A stretch of DNA of 50,733 bases from Asterionella formosa (lineage: Eukaryota), in NCBI GenBank assembly GCA_002256025.1, contig NKIB01013826.1, positions 1-50,733 on the forward strand, read 5' to 3'. A program made the translations under genes and the position numbers. Each line of letters opens with the position of its first letter. Position 1 is the stretch's first letter. Shown here one piece after another: positions 12,458 to 21,942 of this stretch. The notes below the pieces were generated by a model. The model was not told the origin of the DNA. It worked only from the letters and a program-made list of their open reading frames with translations, and searched no databases.

Positions 12458-14368
12458 TTATTTCACTAAAAATTCAAGTTCTTGCTTGATTTCTTCCATG
12501 GTTTCTTTTGAATCGACCATGAGCTGAAATGGCATGGCCGGTGGGATGCAATGGAGAAAGCGGCGACAAGAATCGGCACAGTTGGATGGCGACGCATGTA
12601 AATCTGAATGAATATGAATTGTTGCATGGGCAAGACGGTCTAAGTCATCTAGTTCCTTCATGAGATTGAGTTTTCCTTCCAGGTTCTTTCGAAGTTTAAG
12701 AATCCTTCTCGCCTGATGCATCAAGAACCGCCCTGTGGATGTTAATGGATACACAGATGTTTCACCACTGAGCGCCTGATCCAATAATGCTGATGTGTCG
12801 TTGCACACTCCTGTTAGTCCGTATCCTCCAAATGGTAGTTCCAGTTCAGTTCCAACTGCATTTACGACCACAGCACCAAGGCCGGCCATTCTTACAGCTT
12901 GACGAGCTTTATCCCCAGTCATCTCTTTTCCGCAATTGATAGGTTGAATCCAAGGAACATCTACATTGTGGTTAGAGTGCCACCCACACATACCTTCAAT
13001 TGCCATATAGTGCTGAATATTACATCTATTGGGTGCACCCATGGCATCAACCCCGACAAGGGGACCTTCAATATCAAGATCTATTCCACCATGAGGAAGG
13101 TAACAATATGCAGGCTGTTTCTTATTATCCTCGTACCCTGTCTGTAAGAAGCAACCTAGCGGAACGTTAGTCCAACTGTCGTCGTTTTCTTTGATACACA
13201 TTGCCATACCAAATGTAGTCACAGTTGCACGTGGACATACAGCGACTTTATGTCCGCAACTGATGAGCCCTTGTATAAGCTCGCATGGGTGTACAATCAG
13301 CTTCCCATTTAAGCTAACCTTAAAAGTGGTATCTAGGCTACGTTGTTCCACCAGGAAATAATTATAACCAAGTCGGTTTAACAGAACAGCCAGGAGTCGA
13401 TTCCTTAATATCTCACGTTTGGTATGTGTGGATACAGCATCTCCCCAGCCCATATGAAGGCCTGGCAAGATCCGATCATTTATAGGTTTCGGCTGCGGCA
13501 TTGACCTATCCAAAGGATCATATTTTTCAGACGGTTCGCAAGATTTTTCTTCATTAGGGGTAGACTTTGATTGGATGTTTTGTTCTGACTGGAGCATCTG
13601 TTCCATTCCTTGAATTGCCCTGTCCCAGTGTTGTTCAACGATGAAAGGGTTAGGTACCAAATTAGGCTGGTCAAAAGTGGGGACGTAACCGACTTCGCCA
13701 CGCCGCATCAAATCAAGTGGTGAAACAGCCGGTTTTGATAACTGCGATTGCTCGTTGATGTTCGCAAATGCTGTCAAAGTGAACAGAGATACGTTAATAC
13801 CTCCGCTGTCCACGGCGACTTTATTTCCTGCAACGGTTTTAAGCGAAGGAGCCTGGTAGCTAGACGCCCAATAACCAGCAGCTGTGGCCGCAAACTTTCG
13901 AAGTCGCTTCTCAATAAAAGAATTTCCAATTGTTGGCAGCAGCAACGCCCCAAACCGAGGTCCGAGCGTTGACAATAGCGCAGCGGTGAGAGTGGCTTCC
14001 ATTTCCCGTTGGATCCAATGCGGGACGTCGACATCTTTGGGGACAATAGCAGGCTTTAAGGAAGACAAGTAATCCCCAAGGCTCATGAATTTCCAACGTT
14101 CTGAATGAGCTGTGACAAAATCTGGGTTGAGTTGCAGCAAGTGAAAGAGCCGTTTGCCATCATTCGGAATTTCCCCTCGAATCATCCAAGCGCTGCCAAG
14201 AAAGGATTCGTCACGAAGTCGCTGTAGTCGCAAAAGGATGGCCTTTCGGTACCGTTGCACGTATATTGAGATCCCTAGTATCACAGCGCCCGCGAGACCA
14301 CATTTCAATAAAGAGCTGGGATCGTTGAGAAACAATCGAGCTGATTCCAAGGTTGTATTCGGCAACAT
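12458..14368 (-). CDS. Hypothetical protein, 636 aa, with an N-terminal hydrophobic segment
   Basis: Long uninterrupted ATG-started ORF with protein-like composition. CGLAGAVILGISIYV followed by basic residues. Motif-like C-terminal half (LPHGGID, HYMAIEGMCGWH, GGYGLTGVCND). No family recognised. Confidence 0.8.
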   Translation of the reverse strand: MLPNTTLESARLFLNDPSSLLKCGLAGAVILGISIYVQRYRKAILLRLQRLRDESFLGSAWMIRGEIPNDGKRLFHLLQLNPDFVTAHSERWKFMSLGDYLSSLKPAIVPKDVDVPHWIQREMEATLTAALLSTLGPRFGALLLPTIGNSFIEKRLRKFAATAAGYWASSYQAPSLKTVAGNKVAVDSGGINVSLFTLTAFANINEQSQLSKPAVSPLDLMRRGEVGYVPTFDQPNLVPNPFIVEQHWDRAIQGMEQMLQSEQNIQSKSTPNEEKSCEPSEKYDPLDRSMPQPKPINDRILPGLHMGWGDAVSTHTKREILRNRLLAVLLNRLGYNYFLVEQRSLDTTFKVSLNGKLIVHPCELIQGLISCGHKVAVCPRATVTTFGMAMCIKENDDSWTNVPLGCFLQTGYEDNKKQPAYCYLPHGGIDLDIEGPLVGVDAMGAPNRCNIQHYMAIEGMCGWHSNHNVDVPWIQPINCGKEMTGDKARQAVRMAGLGAVVVNAVGTELELPFGGYGLTGVCNDTSALLDQALSGETSVYPLTSTGRFLMHQARRILKLRKNLEGKLNLMKELDDLDRLAHATIHIHSDLHASPSNCADSCRRFLHCIPPAMPFQLMVDSKETMEEIKQELEFLVK

Positions 14369-15079
14369 TTCCGATGAAGAAATAATATGAATCTATAAAT
14401 TTACCGTTATATAATATGCAAAATGAATCGTACCGGCATCCGGGTGTGTAACCGGAATACACAAGTCTATCTGTACATAACGGGAGTACCTGGTACTGGT
14501 ACTGCAGTTTAGCTAAGTGATGCTCCGTCTTCATCCTGGGTACCTGGTATACTGTGTACATACATGGTCTAGACTTGTATACTATCAGGTACTAGCAAGT
14601 TGCGCTCATTTTGCTGACAGGATCTGACAAATTATAATTTTGTGTTCAAGTACCGGTATTTAGGGACTATGTTAGTTGTTAGTTTAAGCAAATCAACTCT
14701 ACCGGTACTTTAAGGTTGCGGCCCCGGCTTAACCCTAGTTCGTAGAAAATATCGCTAGGGTTGTAAAAACGGCGTGGAACAGGGAGTTTCCTACTATGAA
14801 TTCCCACGATTCGAGTGTCCATTTGAATATTTGAATTAAATAGGAATCGGCGCCAGATTGATAGAATTCCATTAAAAAATGATATTCCAACATTTATACT
14901 ATTTCTACGCTGCAATATGTAGACATAATTTTACTCAACGCCAAAACACATATATAAATTAGGAGTATGCCAACATGTATGCTCATGGCTCGTGTTTATA
15001 CGTTTATATTGAATCTACGTTGCTGTATGTAATTTCAATATCACTCCACGCACAAAGGTATATACCGGTGTGTGAATCC

Positions 15080-15384
15080 CCACGGGCCAACGCCCCGACG
15101 GGTAGGGCAGACCGCGTACTGGTCAAGACTGGGGCTGCACACAGGTTTTTAGTGAGTGAAAGTCTCACACTACCTCGCCCAGGTGAGAGGGGCGGGGTGC
15201 CTCACCGGACACTGGGACATGATTGGATGACGGGGTGCCTCAAACACATTCCTGAACACGTGAACTGGTGGGAGGAGTTAGAATCCTCCCATGATGCCCC
15301 CCAAGCACCCCACATCGATGGGGCAGGCGGGCAAAGCGGCCGGATAGGTTTTCTCCTGGCGCCTTGGAACAGCCCAAAAAAAAA
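15080..15384 (+). mobile_element. SINE-like or 5'-truncated non-LTR retroposed insert (305 nt, structured, A-tailed)
   Basis: Exact 16-bp direct repeat ACCGGTGTGTGAATCC at 15064-15079 and 15385-15400. A-run at 15376-15385. Sharply higher GC than the flanks. Several stem-loops. Confidence 0.85.
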
Positions 15385-15874
15385 ACCGGTGTGTGAATCC
15401 GTACCAGTACTGGAGTCCCAGAGTAATGGTATTTCGGTACTCGGAGTACCAGGTAGTACACAATATTGGTTCATCATGATGGAGGACAGTATGTACTACT
15501 GGTGGTAGTACCGGTACTGTTTTTACCAACCAGGATTCAAAACATCTAATACATGTGGTTCAAGTGTGGCTGGCGAGATTTTACAAGGCCGGGATACTTC
15601 AGCGAATCTGAAGCAGGTGAAGAAAATCAATTCAACCAATCAGAATATGTGCAGTGACGTGGGAACTTACCCTGGAGTCTTTTCGGACTGAGAATTATTC
15701 AGCGAAACATACCTACGCAAGACTCCAAGTATACGAGAACGTTTTTGCACGTACAAATTCTGATTCCAATATTTTGGTGACTGTTGAAAAAGCCGATCGG
15801 GTCGACTTTTTGGAGGAGGATTGTTCTTCATCTACGGGGTTTCATCAAGAATGAAATAGATAGCCGTGTACCCT

Positions 15875-16030
15875 ATATCGTCAGGATTTAACTTCTGCAG
15901 AGAAGTGACAGTTATCCCTCGTGGATTTTTTTAAAAGCTTGATGGCCCCCTTTTTGACTATTTTTTGGATAGTTACGATTCCAAGAGGGATAACTGCCAC
16001 TTCTCTCCAGAAATTAGGTCCTTGCCATAT
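15875..16030. repeat. Imperfect inverted repeat (arms about 50 bp) inside the TTAA element
   Basis: CAGGATTTAACTTCTGCAGAGAAGTGACAGTTATCCCTCGTGGA versus the reverse complement of TCCAAGAGGGATAACTGCCACTTCTCTCCAGAAATTAGGTCCTTG. Confidence 0.8.
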
Positions 16031-17454
16031 CTGAATATAGATCATACCCCTAAGTCGAGGAATGACTGTATCTAAGCATATGCAAAGTGGTAGTATTGGT
16101 GAAAGCTAATTTCACCTTAAACTTTTTTATTTCGTTGCAAGAACTGTGTAGTTTAAAGTACACAATAAAATTATTTTGGAAAAAACAGACCTCGCGATGT
16201 GTAACTGCGGGGCCGCAACCTTAAGCAAAACTGTTTGTAAATCTCCTTTAAGCAAATCTACTTTAAGCAAAATTTTGCTTAAACTAAACAAAGCTGACTA
16301 CGTCATTATGGAAGGAAATTGAGTCACCAGTTATCCCACACTCCTGTTGGCAAATGCATGGCTTGCCTAGCAGTATCAACCCGGTGTCATATGAAGCGGG
16401 ACATAGGAATGGACTGCTGCACATTTGTACTACTGTGGCTACAGGGTCTTACCGCAAGTTTGGAGGACATCATTTACCAGAGTGAATGCTTCACATTTGC
16501 CGGCTTCTACAAGGACTATAGTATAAAAATTGCCCATTCACAATCAATCAATTCTCAGTAGATAATAGCCTTATTTTACATCTTTTGCTTCGATTATTCA
16601 TGTTAATACTGTATTCGTAGTCTCATTTGTTGTGTAGCTACTGTAAAAAGGTCGTATCTGCTGATGATAGCATCGTTGTTTAAAGATTGCGCATCTCTAA
16701 ATTAGATGAATAAACGTGCCAGTGGCGACTTCAATTTTCTTTGTCAATATTAGTGCTATTAGGATCATTCTTTTACGATTGTACTATCTATGTTGTGTTT
16801 GATATATGTATCAAAAAGGAAAGCATCGTTCTCATTTTTCGTCGAGATATTCGCTATTTTCGTCATGGTAAACATTGCGACAACATCATGATGAAGGATT
16901 CTCCAGCCGCTTGCAGCTACACAACTACCATTGCGTATTCAGTATCATTGTTATAGCAACAGTTTGATTAGGTACATAGGTCGTACGTAGATAGGTGACT
17001 GTGATGGCAACAGTGTTGAAATGATGACGTCACAATTAGCAAACGCACTTTAGCAAAACGAACGACAGGCAAATGGCAGAATAAGTGAAACAGATTGGTC
17101 TCAATATTTTAGGCTAAATCAGATTAAAGCTAAATACATGTAGGAACAACAAGCCGGTCGGGTTGGTTTATTAAACGGATGTCAAGAAGAGAGACATGTA
17201 TTAATATTTGGAATTGGAATCAATATTGTCCGTACGAAATACGTGGAACTAGATATAGCAAAATTACAACAACTTACTGGTACATGCAATATTGCTGACG
17301 TCCACGCGCATCATGTGATCATGTTATCACGTTGTTTTACTCTTTCCTTCGTGCTTTTAACATGATTATACTTTACTATTAACTTTTTTCTTTTCTGTTG
17401 CGTCGAAATTTGTTCTTCATCAGTTAGTCGAGGGATTAATAACTGTGCCAGCAA

Positions 17455-18258
17455 ATGTCCTCCAAAAATACCATTAATACTGCAATTCTCTTTGTTACCT
17501 GCATGGCCGTCTTCGTGGGTAATGACGTCGCCTTTGCGTTTTCAACGTTCGCCGTCAAATCAAGACATTACCATGGCTTCCATCATTCGTCAAAAACGGA
17601 GGCGAAAATGGGGCGAAACAACAACTTGAACGATGATATCGAGCGAGTCGGGCGACAAAAAGCTCAAGGTGGAATGGGAGAAACCGTTGCTGGTGCTGTT
17701 CTTGGAGGACTACTACTTGGTCCCTTCGGGGCTTTGTTTGGCGCACAACTTGGGTCGAAGGTCGGTGCGGTCAATGCTGTGGATAAAGCCAAGAACGAAG
17801 AAATGGCAAGACTTGGAGTATCGGATGAAATGTTGAAAATGGCAGAAGAGATTGGGACCGCTTTGGAACGAAGCCTTGAAGGTTTTAAAGCGTCACAAGA
17901 TAGCATCGAAACACAGCAATCCTTGGCGAGGCGACTAGATGTCAACGCGAACGAACTTTATGAGAAGGCCAAGATTGCCATGGTTTCCACCAACGAGGAG
18001 CAAGCAAAAAAGCTACTCTTGGACAGGCAAATGGTACAGGAGAAGTTGAAGAAAGTCTTGTTAACTTGTGCGGACGAGCAAAAGCGCCTTTCAAAGATGC
18101 GGAGCAATGTGGACGCCTTAGAACAACGAGCCATGGAGATCGAATCTTTGCTTGCAAGAACTATTGGTGCCAAAGCCCTGAAAGATTCGTCGTCACAGTT
18201 TTCGCTTTCCCAAGAAGACCCACTGTTGCAAAAGTTCCGAGACATGGGAATCGAGTAG
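17455..18258 (+). CDS. PspA/IM30(Vipp1)-like coiled-coil protein with a glycine zipper, probably plastid-targeted (267 aa)
   Basis: Signal peptide ending VAFA-F, then a Ser/His/Lys-rich transit-like stretch. Glycine zipper GAVLGGLLLGPFGALFGAQLG. ANELYEKAKIAM..NEEQAKKLLLDRQ resembles the PspA/IM30 hairpin. C-terminal DPLLQKFRDM. Confidence 0.65.
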   Translation: MSSKNTINTAILFVTCMAVFVGNDVAFAFSTFAVKSRHYHGFHHSSKTEAKMGRNNNLNDDIERVGRQKAQGGMGETVAGAVLGGLLLGPFGALFGAQLGSKVGAVNAVDKAKNEEMARLGVSDEMLKMAEEIGTALERSLEGFKASQDSIETQQSLARRLDVNANELYEKAKIAMVSTNEEQAKKLLLDRQMVQEKLKKVLLTCADEQKRLSKMRSNVDALEQRAMEIESLLARTIGAKALKDSSSQFSLSQEDPLLQKFRDMGIE

Positions 18259-18312
18259 TAGAGACCAAGAATGTAATTCAAAAATCCTACCCATTATTTA
18301 GCTATATAAAAC

Positions 18313-20893
18313 TCATTTCCAAGACTCGACATTTTTTGTGAGGGTACTGAACATGAAATCATAAGCTAAGGCAGTCATGAATGCGCTCTGTTTTGCATCT
18401 GCGGCTCCTCCATGACCACCTTCAATGTTCTCGTAATAATAGACAGGCCAGTCTTTACCTTTGCTCCGTCCCATGTCCCACAACTTCTTAACCATCTTTC
18501 TTGCATGTGCTGGGTGCACTCGATCATCTCTGGTGCTAGTCGTCACAAGCATTGGAGGGTATTTTTGAACCTTGTCGTCCACATTGTGGTAGGGAGAGTA
18601 TTGCTCAAGGAACTTCCAGTCATCTGTTGCTGGGTCACCATATTCTGCCACCCAACTTGCTCCAGCCAACAACAGATGATATCGTTTCATGTCCAACAAA
18701 GGGACAGCACAATGTATGGCTCCAAAAAGATCAGGTCTCATTGTATACATGTTTCCCATCAGCAATCCCCCATTACTACCCCCTCTGATAGCTAGAGTTC
18801 CTGGTTTGCAAATTCCAGAAGAAATTAGCTCTTCGCCAACAGCGATAAAATCTTCATATGCTTTGTTACGATTGGCTTTAAGAGCGGCTTGATGCCAGCT
18901 TGGCCCAAACTCGCCTCCACCCCTGATGTTCGCTTCCACATACGCCCCGCCGCGCTCCAGCCAAGCGAGACCGACAGTTGCGATGTAATTCGGGCCTAGG
19001 GAGATTTCAAAGCCACCTTCGAAAGATTGAAAATGAAAGTGAGAATAATGAACTCAATTATCACGAAAACTTCACGAAGGCAGTAAAAAAAACTCACCGT
19101 AACCATACAAGAGAGTAGGGGTTTTACCATTCATTTCCACGCCTTTCTTCTTAACTAAGAAAAAAGGAATTTGAGTTCCATCCTTGCTCACTGCCATGCG
19201 CTGAGTCACTTCCAAGCCTGTGGCATCATACTGTGACGGGAGAGCTTTAACCTGACTTAGAACACAAGCCTCTGAGCCATTGCCTGACTCAGTCTCAATT
19301 CTAGCTGCGTCTGCGATACTGAGCGTGCTAGGTTGAGTGTAACCACTGGTAGTAAACCAATACTCATCAGTTTCAAAAGGATCCACAGGACTGACGGACG
19401 TACTATGAATTTGTGCTTTCTCATCCCCACCAACGAGCTTCAAGTTAGTGCCCCCCTCGTCAATCATGAAGAAATCAATCTTCGACTTGACATTGTCCAT
19501 GGTGGTGAGGATTAAGTAGTTTTTCGTGATACTGTAGTTCTCGTACGCGGTCCTTGCAGCGGGCTCGAAAAGAATTTTGAATTCGCAAGCCTCCATTCCC
19601 TTGTACAAGAATCTGTCAGCATCGACATACAAAAGGGAACCTTGCTTAAATTTGACTCCAACCTGTGGTTCCCAGTCCGATCTAAGGGAGATGATCATCA
19701 TATTGGCAAGGAAGCCTACCTCGGCATCATCCTGAATGTCAACTTCGACGAAGTCATCAGAAGCAGCAGCAATACCTTCGCGAAGAGGATCATTTAGAGC
19801 CAGCAGCTCTTCGTACTGGACCTTGCGAGCCCAATACTTAGAAGTATAGAAAGTCAGAGACCGAGATCGAATTTCATAGATTGGCCCGCCATGAAGGCGT
19901 TGGTCATTGATATATGCGGACACTGATACATCCTTCTTGTCGCCTTCAAATATCACAGGGGCATCCTTAAACTCAGTTCCTCTCACCCATTCTCTTATCT
20001 GTCTCGGATACCCTGAGTCAGTCAAAGAACCAGGCCCCGTGTCAGTACCGACTAGCAATACATCGCGGCTCTTGTAGCTGGCAGAGGTCTTTGCTTCTGG
20101 TAGATTGAATGGATCCTCGGTCACAAAGTCATTCGTCAAAAGGTCAAACTCCTTAATGTGAGTAGCATCGGATCCACCGCGCGAAAGACTCAGCAAAGCA
20201 CGAGTGGTCGTTTGTCCATTGTTAGACATGGGGTCTCTGGCGCGGGACAATGGTCTTGGTCCCTAGAACAAGGAAGCGATAAAGCAAACAAAGCTCGAGA
20301 GTAAGTAGGGGGCTACGAGTTCCCAGCGTTTTGCAAAGAAACTCCTGAAATGACAAGAGCTGACTTACTTTCCACACCCATGAAATGCCGTCGGTTTTCG
20401 CCAACTCGTCTACATCTAAAACAGTCTCCCATTGCGGTTCTTCGGTGCGATAACTTTCCATCGTCGTTCTGCGCCAAAGTCCCTTTGGGTTGATGGAATC
20501 TTTCCAGAAGTTCATGAGAATGTCGTTGCCATCGTCGTCTTTTCCGTACTTTGATGCATATGGGATGCGGTCGCTGCTCTCAAGGACTGACAATACTTTG
20601 TCGTACGTTCCTGTGCCTGAAACCGTGGGATCGCCAAGCGCTGTCAAGCAAGCCTCGTTGGCATCTCTTGCGAACTGCAGGCTTTCCTCGCTCTCAACCT
20701 CCTCAAGCCAGAGATATGGGTCGTCACAGGCCACCGTCATTTTGAATTGTTTTGATGTCGAGGTCGATGGAAGATTGGTTGCTGCTGTCAATAATCGAAG
20801 CCTTCCGAAGGATCCAGATCGACTGCCGAGGGAAAAAGATTGAGCAAAACGAAACGAGACTGCGCAACAAAGGGAGACTGTCACAAAGCGCAT
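18313..20893 (-). CDS. Prolyl oligopeptidase (peptidase S9A) with an N-terminal presequence (about 797 aa)
   Basis: Exons 20893-20369, 20262-19098 and 19016-18313 join in frame. Motifs DPYLWLEEVE, SKDGTQIPFF, PTLLYGYGGF, ANIRGGGEFG, and the catalytic GGSNGG, DDRVHP and GGHG. Confidence 0.93.
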
Positions 20894-21127
20894 AGAAAAT
20901 GAGACTCCTGCTTGTAGCTATTGTGGGGGAAGCAGGAATGGACGAGGCGAGGTTTGTATGCCAATGTTATCTGGACAGCAGAAATGTGGAAGGCAATAAA
21001 GCCAATCAGAGAGGATACATCACATATTTTCTTAACTTTTTTGTTTGCCTGGATGTCTTTACATACCGGTATATACCGGTAAATACAGCCCGGTCTATAT
21101 ATGTAAAGGGAGAAAAGATATCCACGT

Positions 21128-21244
21128 ATTCGACGAGAGCTATTTTAATCTAATCTTTGACTCTATAATTAGGAAAAAGACATTTCGTCCCATTCGACGA
21201 GAGTTATCTTTGTCTCTATAATTAGGAAAATGACATTTCGTCCC
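21128..21244 (+). repeat. Tandem direct duplication (about 55-63 bp) overlapping the left end of the foldback element
   Basis: ATTCGACGAGAG..TCTTTG.CTCTATAATTAGGAAAA.GACATTTCGTCCC occurs at 21128 and again at 21192. Confidence 0.85.
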
Positions 21245-21399
21245 TCTACAATATTTCGATATTTCGTCCCCCTAACTCTAACCCTAAAACCCTAAGCCTT
21301 ATGATAAAATGGTACGCACCCTGAAAAAGTCTAGGGTTAGGGTTAGGGTTAGGGTTAGGGGACGAAATATCGAAATAGAGGGACGAAATATCATTTTCC
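21225..21399. mobile_element. 175-bp foldback/MITE-like element with internal telomeric (CCCTAA)n/(TTAGGG)n arms
   Basis: Left arm GGAAAATGACATTTCGTCCCTCTA..TTTCGATATTTCGTCCCCCTAACTCTAACCCTAA matches the reverse complement of the right arm TAGGG(TTAGGG)4-GACGAAATATCGAAATAGAGGGACGAAATATCATTTTCC. Confidence 0.8.
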
Positions 21400-21942
21400 A
21401 ATAATAATTCTTATGCATGCATAAATAAACAATGATGTTTAATTACCCCGTTATATACCGGTATAAATCACATTGCCGCGTTTCGATTTGTATTTTGTGT
21501 ACCAGGTACCCCTGTCCTGGTAACAAGGTTTTTTGTCTTTGTTTCTCATACGGTAGTTATAATACAGTTATATTATTTCGTGCATCTTCACTCATGATCC
21601 TCTAGTGAGTATAATAAGTACCAGGGTACTAATAAGAAAGTAGTAAAAGAGAAGCAAATGAGTTTCCCGGTAGGAAGATTACGGGTGTGAGCTGCTGGTA
21701 TGTAAATTTCATAAATACATACCTGTACGTATACTCTAATTATAATTCGTGCCTAGCTATACTATCACGACAAGAAAGGCAATTGATTCTATTAACGGCA
21801 GATCCTCATCGAGCAGGAGAAGAAATGGAGATCTCCAGCATCATCAGAATTATCAGCCGAGAAAGGTACCTGGTACCCCGTGCTATGAGATGCATTGTTG
21901 GGAGAATAAACAGCATCAGCTATTGAGAAATATCTGAGCAAC

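Larger units (their letters stand above)
14714..16220. mobile_element. Non-autonomous DNA transposon with TTAA TSD and GG..CC termini (Kolobok-type)
   Basis: Perfect 13-bp TIRs GGTTGCGGCCCCG (14714-14726) and CGGGGCCGCAACC (16208-16220), each flanked by TTAA (14710-14713, 16221-16224). No transposase ORF. RR..YY termini with TTAA fit Kolobok rather than piggyBac (CC..GG). Confidence 0.75.
14679..16288. repeat. MITE-related host repeat interrupted by the TTAA element (ends TTAGTTTAAGCAAA ... TTTGCTTAAACTAA, internal TTTAAGCAAA repeats)
   Basis: The inverted ends at about 14679-14692 and 16275-16288 match the inner part of the TIR of the 90-bp MITE at 40545-40634. Removing the 14714-16220 insert restores another TTTAAGCAAA unit. 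A related terminal motif GCAAGTTGCGCTCATTTTGCT lies at about 14595. Confidence 0.6.

Noticed and set aside
15080..15384. SRP/7SL, RNase P/MRP, U3, tRNA, hammerhead or HDV ribozyme identity for the structured insert
   Set aside because: Diagnostic motifs (SRP helix 8, paired CR-I/CR-V, cloverleaf, CUGANGA+GAAA, HDV nested pseudoknot) could not be found by eye.
14975..15529. ORFs of 73-177 aa across the retroposon
   Set aside because: By-products of the GC-rich insert. They cross the insertion junctions and have no domain.
21270..21360. Chromosome end or telomere-fusion site
   Set aside because: The repeats are short, internal and enclosed in non-telomeric inverted arms, and their polarity is opposite to a head-to-head fusion.
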